A stretch of DNA of 64,000 nucleotides, taken from positions 39,680,001 to 39,744,000 of the forward strand of contig OZ024753.1 of assembly GCA_964016885.1 (NCBI GenBank), read 5' to 3'. The stretch is from Eledone cirrhosa (Eukaryota). The position numbers and the translations under genes were made by a program. The notes below the pieces were generated by a model. That model was given only the letters and a program-made list of their open reading frames with translations. It searched no databases and was not told where the DNA came from. Below are positions 41,291 through 54,859 of this stretch, piece after piece (within the stretch, counting starts at the first letter, position 1; every line of letters starts with the position of its first letter).

Positions 41291-44200
41291 TTATACACCA
41301 ATATATATACATGTATGATTTTATTTATATTTCATCAGGCCGGTGCTTATTTTGGTTTCTGTGGAATTAAGCAACTGAGTGTTCAAAATGAAATTATTGT
41401 ATACAGTGCTCAGGTGCACTACAACTCATCAAAGGTGCATGTATAATACATTGAATAATGTACAAATGTCAGGAAAATGAACAGTGTACAAGTCATAATA
41501 TACATGTGTGTATGTGTATAGAGGGGGATATCAGGTGTAGTGTTGGCGAATCTCAGGAAGCATGGAGGTTTTAAAGGATGCAGTGTCCCAGCAGCTAACA
41601 ACTGATGGAGGTAGTTTGTTCCATGCTTCAGCAACTCTGAACGTGAAAAAATGTTTCCGAAAATCATGGGAGCTGTGCTGTTTTCTGACTTTGTGGGCAT
41701 GCCCACGTGTGTTAGACACATGGAAATCAAAAAGGTGCTCAGGGTTGTTGTTGGCAAGATGGTTAATAATTTTGTGGGGGTTTACCAAGTCAGTTGCCAG
41801 ACATCGGAGCTTCAATGTATCCATGCCCAGGGAAGCTTATGATCCTAAGTACAACAACTTTACCACTAAGTTACATGCAAAGGACAGGAGTTTAAAATGA
41901 CATTAAATTTTGGTACTCACTGTTGTCACGGTAGGCTGTTCAACGTCATCTTTTTCCTCAAAGAAGAAATACATGAACGGCAGGAAAAGGAAGAAGAGGA
42001 AAGTAAGAATCCCATACATGGCTGCAACATAAAAGAAAGCAAGAATATGACAATAGATTTAGATATTAGTTGCTTTTGTGAGAGATAACTGGGGAGATTC
42101 TTTAATGTTGGTGTTGCATGGCTGATGAATCATTTCATTACAATGGATGGCAGAAACTAAAATTTATAATTACAGGAAATGATTGACAAGTTCCCAGACC
42201 TCATTCGCTCACAGAAGGGGTCGAACTCGTTAAATTGAACCAAGGAATCAATGACTGATCAATTATCTCTCACAAATGAAATAGTACCATTATAATGCTA
42301 TATATATATATATATATATATCATCATTGTTTTTATATCCGTTTTTACACACACATATATAAATCATCATCATCGTTTTTACATCCGTTACTCACACATT
42401 ATATAAATATATATATATATGACTTCTACAGGACTAGAACAGTTTCGTTCTTGACGATTTCCTATGAATGAAACAGTTCTAGTCCTGCACTACTCCAAGT
42501 ATAATATAATCATTGTAGCACTTACCATAATAACTAATAAGAACAGAACTGGTAACCTTATCTCTTGTAGTAGAATTGCTGGCCCAATCCTGAAACAAAC
42601 AAAATAAATAAATAAATATGGCAACAGTTTTCTGAAATCAAACCTTCATTATATCAGGTGCCTAATAGAGAATCACCATTAATATTTACACCCATTTTCC
42701 CATTCCATCTCCCTTGATAATTTGCAGGAGTGTTTATTTCTTCTGTGAGCTCAAATTACTCCTTTAACCCTTTAGCATTTACATTACTCTATATTTACTA
42801 TTGTTTTTCACGGTAAAGGCCAGTTATGACCGGTTTGAACAGAAAAAGGGAAGAGAAATCTGGCCAGATACAGCTGGTTTAAATACTAAAGGGCTAATGT
42901 TATCTTCTCTGCCTTTCATGACAAACTCATAACACATTTCCCCCCCTCACCATGCATCCTTGATTCACAATGTAACACCAAATTAATATAACCATCTATT
43001 TCTTCTGTTTATAATCCCCTTTCCTCTTCCACATTTCTTATCCAACACATGTATGCGAAGCCAGACCTGCACCACATCTTTTCTCCCACTGTGCTGGTGC
43101 CATGACAAAAAGTATCCAGTCTACCCTATAAAGTGTCCTTACTAGTAACACGACAAAAATAGCACCCAGCACCCAGTTCACCATATTAGGTGGTTGTACT
43201 GGTACCAAGACAAAAGCACCCAGTTCACCCTATTACATGGTTGTACAAATGTCATGCAAAAAGCACCCAGTCCACCCTATAAAGTCATAGTGATGGTGCC
43301 ACAAAAAAAAAACGTTCCCAGCGTATGATGAAATATGTTTGGCATTAGGAAGTGCATAATTTTGTAGAGAACCAAGTCTAAAACAAATCAGTATAAGCAA
43401 GACATGGTCACCTGTCCTGGCTAGCCTCATATTGTGACAAGCTGTCTAACTCAAGAAAGCACAAGAAATAGACTATGATGATGATAGCAATGTTTTGAGG
43501 TGCATACTACAAAAATCACTGAAAACTAAGCAAATAACAAGACAACAAAAAAAAAAAGATACTTACTCGGAAATGTCCATCACTATCTTTCATATAGGAG
43601 ACAAGAAAAATGTCAACAGGGACAATAGCTGATGTAATAAGTGCACCACTCAGCCCTATGATAGCTGCTGCTGTAGAACTGCACTCACTGTCATATTTAC
43701 TCATGAAATGACGTACATAGAATGTAGAAAATATAATAATTAACTGAAATAGAAGAAAAAAAAATTAAATAATTAATTAAATAAATAAAAATATTTGAAA
43801 CTAATTATTATTTCTCTTCTTTTAGAATTAAAAAAAAAGTTTAAATAAAAAAAGAAACTAATGATTACATAAAAAAGAACTTCAACTCTAGGTATCGTTA
43901 ATTCTATGTGTTGCTCTAGTGACTTTGTCAATTCAACAACTAGTATATCTAGGATTAGGTGGTGAATTGGTAGAGTTGTTAGAAAGCCGGATAGAATGCT
44001 TTGTGGTATTTATTTTTAGCTCTCTGAGTTCAAATCCTGCTGAGGTCAACTTTGCCTTTCATCTTTTCAAGATTGATAAAAAAAAGTACCAGTCTAATAC
44101 TGGGATTGATCCTTGTTCTTTATGTCTTTCTCACTTTCTCTGGAAGAAGTCTGCTGCATTCAGACTTGTAGAGGAATGGCACCGCTAGGTTTAAAAATGC

Positions 44201-45381
44201 CTCATGTTAATAAGGTGTTCCTATAACTCCCTCAAGATTTACGGGACCATACATATCTAGGACTATATTATCTAATACGTCTTCCCTGTTTTAAGAAGAC
44301 AAGGTGTGGTTTGATAGAGATTTGGTTGCTATTCTTAGCAGATCAAGTATTTGCACAGAAGTTTCCTTGTTAGCTCATCAGATATATGTTGTTTGTAAAA
44401 TGTCTAATACCTATTTAGAGATAAGCTCTCAAATGTCAATCTTCCATTGTTTCAGGCAGATCTGTCAACATTTAAATCATATCAGATACTGAATAATGTT
44501 AATAAAAAAAGAATATATTAGCATTGAACTATATCTTATCATGAACAGGTTGTGGCACTATTGGTTCCAATGTAAAATTACCAATCTAAGAGAGAGAGAG
44601 GTGGAGAGAGGACATCTTGAAGCTAGTCTTTATAAAACTACTGAGATTGCAGTTGCAACATACTGTCGAGAATCTACTAATCATAAACAAGATATTTCAG
44701 TACTTGGAAGCTACCAAAAAATGCATCTCATGGACCAGGCTTTGTCTTCAACACCCACTAAAATAATTCAGCTCTGATCACTTGACTGAGGACCTTTTTA
44801 TAAAGCTCAAGTACTCACATATAAGGAATGGTGTTGTTGCTGCTATAGAAATCCAAAAATAGATCACTTTGCCAATATGGCATCACCATTAATCTATAAA
44901 GACACAAGTATTCTTTCACTGCTAAAGCTGCAGTTTCTATACCAACAGCATTAGCTTTCTGAACTAGCTACATCCATTAGATAAACCTACCATTCTCTCC
45001 TCTTCTCCACTAAAACCAGAACGAAACACTCCTTCCCAATAATATTCCACTCCAGAAATGGATCTTTCTGGAACTCACTTTATATTCCATGTGTCTAACA
45101 CACGTGGACATGCCCACAAAGTAAGAAAACAGCACAGTTCCCATGACTTTCGGAAACATTTTTTCACGCTCAGAGTTGCTGAAGCATGGAACAAACTACC
45201 TGCATCAGTTGTTAGCTGTCGAGACACTGCATCCTTTAAGGCCTCCATGCTTCCCGAGATCTGCCAACACTACAGCTAACACATACACACATGTACTTCC
45301 CTGACATTTGTGTATTATTCTATGTACTATACATACACCTTTGACGAGTTGTAGTGCACCTGAGCACTTTACACAATAATT

Positions 45382-45414
<33 letters not shown>

Positions 45415-46885
45415 CTATGTTGTGTTTGGTTATTGTTTACCCCTCACATCAACCTGATCAAGCAGAGCTGTATCCAGGCCTAAACAGAGCACATTTCTTC
45501 CTGAGAAGGACAGAGAGTGATAGAATGGAAGTAAGACAGAGATACAGATAAAGAACCAGCCCCCTAACTTGATTGGTACTTTTTTTTTTATCGATCTCGA
45601 ACTGATGAAAGGAAAGGTTAAGCTTGGTGAGATTTGAACTCAGAGAATAGAGAGCTGCCAATTCACCACCTATAATATACAGGGTGTTCCAAAAAAATGT
45701 ATACACACTTCAACAGCATTCTAATAAATATTGCTTGAACAGGTAATCAATGATGATGATGATGATATATATATAGATATATATCATTATAATAGTAGTA
45801 TTATAAGGGCGGAGGATTGGCAGTATCGGTAGAGGGTTGGACGCCATGCTTTGACACATAGAGTTACGGTCCTTGCCATTCTGAGTTCAAATCCCGCCGA
45901 GGTTAACTTTGCCTTTCATCCTTTCGGAGTCGATACGATAAAATAAAGTACCAGTAATACACTGGGTAATTGCTGGCCTTGTGCCAAAAGTAGAAACAAT
46001 TATAATAGTAGTATTTCATCTGTGTAAGATAATTGATCAGTCATTGATTCCTTGGTCTGATTTGACAAGTTCCACACCACTCAGTAAGCAAATGAGGGCT
46101 GGAAACTTGTCATTCAATTCCTTTATATGTAATTATAAATTTTTATTTCTGCAATCCATTGTAATAAAATAATTCATCAAAGTATGTATACATTTTTTGG
46201 GAGACCCTGTATATGATTAAGCATGCTGTAATAGCATATGTTCAACTATGAAGGGACAAATTCCTTCCACAGACGAATGAACAGAAGAAGAAATTGCCAG
46301 TCCTAGTGTCATCCTCTCTTATCTATTAAACAGTTAGATACCTCTAACCCAATAATACAACATAATGTAAATAATTATAAATGGATCAATAGAAGGTGGA
46401 CTGATTAGATGTGTTGTTTAGTCTGAGTAATAGATTAACAGTTTGTAGTAACATTTAGATAAGACATAAAAAAAAAATATATATCTATATATATGTATAT
46501 GTACATACATTTACACATCTGAGAAGTTAATAGCATCGATTAAGTACCAATTTAGCTTGTGATGATCAATCTGATTCTTGTTAGTAGGCTAAATGCATGG
46601 TAAATGATGATGATGAATATTTATCTCATTCCTTGTATTTTGATCATGCTTTATTTTTATTTTTATCTTGATTTTTTATGTTTTCATTCACACCGTTTCC
46701 TTTCGCTATATGTCTCTCCACCACTCCCCTACACACCCTTTGAACTCTGTTCCCACACACTTCCCACCTGAGGAAGGGCTTATGCCCGAAACGTCGTCCC
46801 CCACCAACACCCCACTCTCCAGAGCGTGAAATTAATAAACATTTGTTGTACTGCCTCTCTGTTTTGTCCCTGTTCAAATTTTTCC

Positions 46886-46947
<62 letters not shown>

Positions 46948-47991
46948 CATACATATTTGTGGTATATAAATGTTGAGTGTTGAGGAAATAACTTACTACC
47001 ACTACAGGTATTAAAGGTTCAAAGCCTTCGAGGTATGTCGAACAGCCAATCTCTTATATTTTATCTGATGATGGCGTACTTAAAAACCACACTACGCTTG
47101 AAATATGTATAATAAAATATATATTTTGGTTATGAAAATTCTCATTTATTAATATTTTGAATATTACATATATATATATATATATAATATATAACAAACA
47201 GTACAATATAATTACCTCATTACCAGAGGTTTCCCGAATAAGACGAATACAAGAAACGTCCTCATTCGTTCGTCAGACAAGGCAATTTAAAACATAGTGA
47301 AATATAGTGTGTGTATATATATATATATATATACACACACTAACATAATACCTGTAAAAAATTACAGAGTTTATAGTGATAAATATTTAATTCACCATTG
47401 AAGTCTGGAATTTGCTGTTGAAACAGCAAGAGCTCAGCTGTTGGGCCCCGATTCTTTACTATATTTACACTCTAGTATCAAGTACTCTGCTGAATAATGG
47501 TCTTATAGTTTAAAACTGGTATAATCCAGATCTCTCCCTCTCTCTCTCTCTATATATATATAGGAACGAGTAGGATCCCGACAGCTGAGCTCAAGCCGTT
47601 TCAACGGCTAATTCTGGTGCATTATGGTCCACCTGGTTCCTTACCACATTTCCTTCGTTATATATATATATATATCATATCATCATCATTTCATTTTACG
47701 TCCACTTTTCCCTGCTTGCAAGGGTGGGACGGGAACTGATTCTGGCTTGATTTCTACAGCTGGATGCCCTTCCTAACACCAACCTCATTTACAGTGAGTG
47801 CTGGGTGCTTTTTTGCCGTGGCACCTCCACGACCACTTTGCAGTGGAATGATAGGGACCCCAGTCCCTATCATCTCATTTCTACAGCTGAGTAAACTGGA
47901 GCAATGTGAAATAAAGTGTCTTGCTCAAGGAAACAACACATCACCCGGTCTGAGAATTGAACTCACAACCTTTCGATTGCAAGGCCAATGC

Positions 47992-48063
<72 letters not shown>

Positions 48064-48385
48064 CGGTAATATTAATGAGAATAAATTTTACTTATTTACT
48101 AGGTGTATGTTAGTTGAATGCACTGATAAGATCATGTAAGGTTGTTATATAATAGTTAAATGCCTTGAACTTTTAATTTTTGGTCTGAAGGGTAATTATA
48201 ACTCTCTCTCTCTGTCTATATCATCATCATCATCGTTTAACATTTATCTTCCACGCTAATATATATATATATATATATATATTAGCGTGGAAGATAAATG
48301 TTAAACGATGATGATGATGATATAGACAGAGAGTGAACCTCTTCAAATGAAGTTGATGTTTATTACGGTATGTCGAATATATTTA

Positions 48386-48478
<93 letters not shown>

Positions 48479-49695
48479 AATGGGAGGCAAAGAAAGATGT
48501 AAGAAGTATATATTAGGTTGAAAAAGAGTTAATGTCAACCTTAAAAGTATGAGGTAAAGTAAAGTATACTAAAAACATCATCCATTAGAATAGAATGAGA
48601 CATAGTAGTAGAAGTAATTACAGCATCAGTAGTAATGCTGAACAACTAGTACAGTTGTAATAGTAGCATTAGTAACAAGAGAGAGGAAGGGAGAGGGAGA
48701 GAGAGAGAGTAGGAAAAAGCAAAACTGCCACTTTTACGCCAAACTTAACAAGTCATGTGCTTCTCACAAGACTTAGATGATGATGTACACACATATGTAT
48801 ACATGAGGGTCAGCTGAAAAGTTCATTGGCTGACTATGAAGGAGTGATGCTAGAGCTGTGAAATCGTGCATGCATTAATTTCAACTTTTCTTATTAATAA
48901 CTGCATTGTTTCTGTCCAGGGAGCATGTTGGAAAATAAACCTCATCTGGACATTTCATGAGAGTATCTTGGTCATAGGCTGACTACAAAAGAGTGATGTT
49001 CGAGCTGTGAAATATTGCATGCATTAATTTCAACTCTTCTTTGTTTCTTTACAGGGATTATGTTGAAAAACAAATCTCATTTGGTCATTCCATGAGAGTA
49101 TCTTGGTCAGCCTATGAACTATTTAGCTGAGCCTCATATATTTACAGTAGACCTGGTGTGTCTATCTGAGCATGTATGTGTGTGTGAATATGTGTGTGTG
49201 AATGTGTGTGTGTGAATGTATGTGTGTGTATGTACGTACGTATATGTCTACATACAAGTTCACGAGTTTGGCTTTTAAAAGTTAACAAAAGAGTTTTGAA
49301 AATGAGTGTCTGTCTGTTTGACACAACTGTTACAGGTAACTCGTCGCTCTAATTGAACATGTGATCGTATGTCAACAGACACATTAAAACACAAAAGCAG
49401 GCTCGCAGCAGAACTACATTACGATCACTCGATTTGCTAGAAATAGTAGTCATATCTTTAAATCACATACTGCCGTCTTTTATAAAGGGGAGAACACTAT
49501 ATTAGTTTTTATCCCGGGTTCAATAGGGGGGTAACCACAGTAAGTAAGGTACTCAATACATAGCAGAGTATAAATATTTAATATAGAAATGGCTTCAACA
49601 GGACTAGAACTGTTTCATTCGGGAGAAATCATCGGGCTTCATGATGATTTCTTCCAAATGTAACAGTTCTAGTCCTGTAGAAGCCATTTCTATAT

Positions 49696-49734
<39 letters not shown>

Positions 49735-51157
49735 ACGGGATGGTCACGAGCCTAACGTCTTTGATACTAGATCTGCTCGACTAGTGTTGAAGAAGTAGGG
49801 GCTAAACACCAATAAAGAAAAGGTGGAAGGATGACTGTCATATTGAGTTGACCCCAGAATATGACTGGCACCACTGTTTTCGACTCCCGGACAATGTAGT
49901 CATGGATATAACAGAATCGACGGGATGGTCACTATTGGAATGATCTAGAGTTAAACGACAACAACAACAACCTTAACAGATTGAAAGGGAAAGTCAACCA
50001 TCGGCTGATTTTGACTTGAAACTCAAAAGGGGGGACTTATAATATCCCAAGACGCTCTACCGATTCTGCCAATCTATCCACATAATAATGGTTCCTGATT
50101 TCGGGACAGGCAAAGTCGATTATATCAACCCCAGTATTTGACTGGTACTTTAAATTATCGACCCCACTGTGAAGCATGAAAGGCAAAGTTACCCTCGGCG
50201 GGATTTGAACTCAGAACGTAAAGGGCTGGTTAATGTAGCAGCTATTGCTATTTAGCCCTAGGCTCACTTGACCAAGCAGACATATGGTGAAAGACATATG
50301 CAATGTGCCCTTTCTTATATCAGGACAGTAATTGTAGAGTAGATATGATTTGAGGGATACAGTTAATTGGCTGCTATTTCTAACAGGTCGAGTGACCTCG
50401 AACAGGTTTCTTTCTTGGGGTTGAATAATATTACGGTAAGATATAGACTAAACTGATTTATGTTATGAGCAAAATACTAATTACTACCATAGATAAATGA
50501 TCAGAAATCTGGATGAAGAAATATAGACGATCGATGCATCGATCCCAGTACTTGGACTAATACTTAATTATTTTCAAACTCGGAAGAATGAAAGCCAAAG
50601 TTGACTTCCGTGGAATTTAAGCTCAGGATGTAAAAGTCAGCAATTAAAATATGACTTAGGGACTTCCTTAATCTCTTGATTACGGTTTGAACACCATCAC
50701 CATGTCTGTAGCTACAGTACGAGCATTACATAAACATTCACCGACTTTCATATTTTATTGTCGACCATTTTACATACTTTATTTATTGTCAAGTTGTTTA
50801 ACCACAGGTTAACATTAGTCGTGCAGTGACCGGTGATCAAAGACTGTGAACAACACATCTTATTTTTTCCTTTTTTTCATACCAAGGACTAACATTTTCT
50901 AATGATTCCCTTATTAAAGATGCTAGGATGTGATTTGGGGGGAATTTGGTTGCTATTTCTGATAGAATCAGCGACTACGTAAAAAAGTTAGTTCGTTCTA
51001 TCAGTTGTTTGGACATAGGTCAACCCTGATAGAACAAATCTCTAATCAACGGGAATCGAAGCATGACGACCTTTCCTTCAATCATACATTCATTGATTAT
51101 ATTTAGAGAGGTTTGATTGTTATTTCAGGTCCAGTGATCTTAATAGCCGAGGGCGTG

Positions 51158-51207
<50 letters not shown>

Positions 51208-52226
51208 CTGTGTAAACAAAATTAAGTAAAATATTAAAACGGTGTAACAATTTGTAGAAAAAGGGACGGGATTAATTTAAAACCTTTATATTTAAGGGTG
51301 TGTATGTGTAAGTGAAGGCGTGTGGCTGAGTGGTTAGAGTATTGGATTCACAATCGTGAGGTTGTGAGTTCGATTCCTGAACCAGGCGATGCGTTATGTC
51401 CTTGAGCAAGACACTTTATTTCACGTTGCTCCTTCTACCTGGAGTTGCGACCGATAGATAGTATTAGCAATTGGAAAGACCAACGGAAACATAGTTTCCT
51501 CGGTCCGATTTGACTAAAATGTCGATCGACTAGAATAAAAAAAAAAAAATGTGTAAAATTTAAATTACACCGCTTTTCTCTAATTTTACTCCGAGAAGAG
51601 CAACAAAAATGGAGATCTAGAAATTTGACACTATATAAATATTTAAAATGATGAAAGGACATTAAAATATAAGTGTTCGCTAATATACTATTAAAAAAAA
51701 ACACGAAAATATAAGAGGAGGTCACACTTTATACTTTGATAACACTCTTAAGATATCAATAACAACATTTTTCTCAAAGGATTATTAGCAAATGGAATAA
51801 TTTGACAGGTGATATGATGTTTTGTAAACACCACCTGAACAGTAAATGATTAAATATTAGTGAATGAACAGATGGTAATTCATTTAAGAAGCGAGCAGAA
51901 ACCTATTGCAGTGGAGACCTGTATCATCCTGGGGTCCCCAGACCATCTCCCTCCCTTCTTATTAATATCTGGATGGAATTAGCCTCCCCGTAAGTTGGAC
52001 TGACTCTTTCAGAATCTCCCTTGATATTCCCCTGGGGTATATACTTTCTCTACTGTGTTTACTGGGACCTATGATGCGAAATACTCCTGCGATCTGAGAG
52101 TTTCTGCTCTCTGCACGTCTGAGAGGCAAAGCAGACAATATTTCATCAACGGGCTCGTGTTGTTATCGTCGATCACTACATACATACATATACACACAAG
52201 ACACTAAGCCAAATTCTACATTATAT

Positions 52227-52257
<31 letters not shown>

Positions 52258-52293
52258 AATATATAATATATAATATATATATATATAATATAT

Positions 52294-52325
<32 letters not shown>

Positions 52326-52523
52326 CACACACTTATTTATAGATACATACATACGCACATATATACACACACACATATGTATATATATATACAGAGAAAG
52401 AGAGTGGGAGAAAAAGAAAGATTCTATATCAATATGTATATACAATATAAAATGTATCCTTACCAAGAATATAGCTACAAAAGGTAGCCATCCTTCAATT
52501 AAGGCAACATTAAGCGACACCAT
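31801..52523 (-). CDS. LMBRD1: Lysosomal cobalamin transport escort protein LMBD1, 15 coding exons, 540 aa
   Basis: Exons: 52523-52464, 43743-43567, 42589-42526, 42021-41921, 40924-40857, 40425-40334, 37488-37415, 36856-36731, 35735-35518, 34950-34848, 34007-33903, 33451-33308, 32698-32626, 32397-32294, 31914-31801. GT-AG, phases consistent, 1623 nt. Motifs: [53 protein letters not shown], acidic C-terminus. Confidence 0.95.
33050..33280 (-). mobile_element. LINE RT C-terminal fragment
   Basis: [41 protein letters not shown]. Confidence 0.65.
37574..37919 (+). mobile_element. Young tRNA-derived SINE (head + CORE-like + Meta-like domain + RTE-type tail). Near-identical copies at 19651-19982(-), 30589-30935(-), 47675-47996(-), 61890-62234(+)
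   Basis: A box TGGCTTAGTGG, B box GAGTTCAATTC, CCTTGAGCAAGACACTT CORE-like segment, GGAAGGGCATCCAGC segment, (GAT)n tail. Confidence 0.85.
38421..38467 (-). ncRNA. Hammerhead variant with CCGAAGA core (decayed sister copy at 20513-20559, +)
   Basis: TGCT-CCGAAGA-ATCCAAACC-TC-GGTTTGGAG-GAAA-CAGCTG-TA-AGCA. Confidence 0.6.
39268..39402 (+). ncRNA. Type I hammerhead with ~100-nt stem II (mirror copy on - strand at 39123-39267)
   Basis: TTATTT-CTGAAGA-[CGGCATATGTATGTGTTGG...CTAACACATATATGTCCTA]-GAAA-CGATCG-TT-AAATAA, with palindromic stem III. Confidence 0.7.
41385..41840 (-). mobile_element. CR1/L2-type LINE 3' end; shorter copies at 8305-8392, 9335-9495, 9920-9990, 15880-16385, 45080-45390
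   Basis: TRGHAHKV...[18 protein letters not shown]...ASFK is the typical CR1-clade RT C-terminus; shared 3' UTR (...TTGATGAGTTGTAGTGCACCTGAGCACTGTACACAAT). Confidence 0.85.
45680..46209. mobile_element. Tc1/mariner-type MITE with nested SINE; shorter relatives at 35988-36062 and 53549-53648
   Basis: TA-CAGGGTGTTCCAAAAAAATGTATACAC ... ATGTATACATTTTTTGGGAGACCCTG-TA. Confidence 0.75.
45806..46002 (+). mobile_element. Second tRNA-derived SINE family. Many copies, e.g. 255-460, 4711-4810, 8917-9020, 13270-13570, 14060-14250, 27180-27410, 39780-39970, 40720-40820, 58390-58566
   Basis: A box TGGCAGTATCGG, B box GAGTTCAAATCC, body GCCTTTCATCCT..GGGTCGATAAAATAAAGTACCAG, tail GGCCTTGTGCC.AAAGTAGAAACAATTA. 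Confidence 0.85.
46766..46797 (+). ncRNA. Penelope-type minimal hammerhead core (stem I decayed)
   Basis: CTGAGGA-A-GGGC-TTAT-GCCC-GAAA-CG-TC, the typical minimal core of Penelope pseudo-LTRs. Only ~2 bp of stem I remain. Confidence 0.65.
47056..47120 (+). ncRNA. Type I hammerhead ribozyme
   Basis: ATATTTTAT-CTGATGA-TGGCGTA...TACGCTT-GAAA-TATGTA-TA-ATAAAATAT. Stem I 9 bp, stem II 6 bp. Confidence 0.8.
47210..47287 (-). ncRNA. Type I hammerhead ribozyme, sense to LMBRD1 intron 1
   Basis: AATTGCCTTGT-CTGACGA-ACGAATGAGGACG...CGTCTTATTCGG-GAAA-CCTCTGG-TA-ATGAGGTAATT. Stem I is 11 bp including G-U pairs, stem II ~11 bp, GUA triplet. Confidence 0.85.
48803..49137. mobile_element. Mariner-like MITE; fragments at 7190-7320, 53825-53880, 55935-56070
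   Basis: TGAGGGTCAGCTGAAAAGTTCATTGGCTGAC ... GTCAGCCTATGAACTATTTAGCTGAGCCTCA inverted ends, with an internal duplication. Confidence 0.7.
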
Positions 52524-53091
52524 AATTTTGATTCTCTGCTAGAATATAACCATAGGTTTTATACCATTAATAAGAATCAGCCAGCACCACTGTAATAACA
52601 ATTCCACTTGGCAAGAAAGTCAGATCTTAGCTTCTTTTCTATATATTCTATATATATATATATATATATTATATTATATTATCAACTAGCATATATATTA
52701 TATATATATATATACACTCATATATACACCTCTTAGGTGAGTGCGTTGTTAATTACAATAGCTTTGAAAGTGAAATTTCTCTACGGCGTTTCGTAAAAAG
52801 TCACGTTGAAATCTCGTTGGAAAGAGATTTCAAAGTTTTACGCAAGTTCTTTTTTTTTTTCCTTCAACCAATTTTATATCTCTTGTTTAATTTTTAATTA
52901 GTTATTTAACATAAACTTATTTTGTTATGAAAGTAACTATCTATTTCTACATATTGCAGAAATAAATGTACGTCCACTGTATATTATTGTTCTTATTATT
53001 CAAACCCTGTTTACATTCATAAACGTCTTCTGCTAGAATAGGTAAATGAAATATGATAGGTAAACAACACAAGGACATAGGTTGGTTTAAT

Positions 53092-53161
<70 letters not shown>

Positions 53162-54689
53162 CATACGTCAAAAAGTGAAACTAATTTTTGACAGTTACGT
53201 ACACGTTATAAGAGTTATTTAAATTTATATATATATAAAATAAAGGAGCAAATAAGAGCATGATATGAAGTCAGTCATGTGTGTGTGTATATATGTGTAA
53301 ACGAATGTAAAAGAATATATGTAGGACATAGATAAGGTTTCCTAGAATTTTACACACACACACACGTGTATATATTATAGTGTGTATGTGTGCATATATA
53401 AGTGTATATGTGTGTGTACTTTTATATTCGTTTACACACACACATGACTGACTTCATATCATGCTCTTATTTGCTCCTTTATTTTATATATATAAATTTA
53501 AATAACTCTTATGAGACCGGCCGTTTTGACGTATGCCATATATATATATAGCGTGTCCCCCAAAAATGTACACACTTTTCAACTCAAATCTAATAAATAT
53601 TGCCTGACAGATAATCAAAGTTCGTATACATCTTTTGGGGACACCCTGTGTGTGCGTATGTATGTATTTATATATGAGGTTTTCGTTGAAGCTTTGACCG
53701 CAGCCTTCTCTCTTCAATGCGTTTTACTTATATAAATATATATATTTTCTGGTGCGTTTACATGCCCACATATTAAATATCTGTATATATTTATATTCTT
53801 ATAAATAACAGACTTGTTTCTTTCTAGCGACTATGTTGAAAACTAAAGCTCATTTGGTCATTCCATGAGAGTATCTTGGTCTTTCTAGTCTTTGAAAGTG
53901 TCAAACAAGTAGAGTTTAGTAACAAGATTTACGAAAAATAGCACAATATGTCAACTCTATTATATTAATATGTATGAACTCTTTTGAATAAAGTTTCGAA
54001 TGTATGGTACAAAGTACGCCAGCATATGTTTACTTTTTCAAAAATGGGTCATGAGTAAAACCAACCCCAAAACTTTGGGAATCTCTTGTGTAAATGTTCG
54101 TGATTGTTGTTGTTCAGCTTCAGATCAGCCCTAGCTAAATAATTCTATGACCATAGGCGTAACCATCCCATCTTTTTACGGGTATGTAGGGCTGCATTAT
54201 CTAATGTTTTATCATCTAAAACAGCGGTGTGTGGTTTGAGGGCAATTTACACTGTAGCGGGTCGAGTAGAGACTCTCTCATCCCCTCGCCGTGTTTAGAT
54301 ATATTGTTTAGGCCCAGACCAATCCTTATAGAACAGACAATCATATGATCAAATACTTTTTCTAACAGTGACTATTATGATTTGAGGGAGATTTTGTTAC
54401 TATTTTTAGCTGGTCGAGTGACCGTATCGAGGCTTCCCTTGTGATTCGCCGTAATTACATTTGTTGTTTAGCATCAATCCGGCTACAAAATTATGATCAA
54501 AGTCGTCCCATCATCTTATGTAGGACTACATTATCTAATGTGTATTTTCTTTAATTAAGACGGTAGGTAGGTTGTAATTTAAGGGTGATTAAACTGCTAT
54601 TTCTAGTAAATCAACAAACTGCCTGCAGGTGCTCCTCTTCGCTAATCTCGCACTGACATCAATTAAACGAGAACAGGTTTACATCAGCA

Positions 54690-54740
54690 GCAACCAGATG
54701 GCGGGAATGTACGAATTCTGTCACTAAAATAGCGCCAGTT
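54690..54740. promoter_or_regulatory. Putative PRIM2 (possibly PRIM2/LMBRD1 bidirectional) promoter with E2F site
   Basis: GGCGGGAA at 54700-54707 overlaps CCAGATGGCG (CTCF/YY1-like); TAGCGCCA nearby; ~150 bp upstream of the PRIM2 ATG. Confidence 0.5.
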
Positions 54741-54859
54741 TCTACTCAAAACAAACCACATATACGTATCGTTTATTTTAGAATAACACCCCCTAAAAAA
54801 AGAAAAATAAGTGATTTTAAAGGATCAATTTTCGTAGAACTACCTACCTAAATCTAAAA

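Noticed and set aside
51314-51390. tRNA-like sequences (Val-like here, Cys-like at 37574 and 61890)
   Set aside because: No proper acceptor stem, and they run directly into SINE bodies.
52775-52845. Hairpin followed by GAAACGCCGTA on the minus strand (similar GAAACTACGTAGTC at ~5520)
   Set aside because: Only half a hammerhead; no CTGANGA or stem I partner found.
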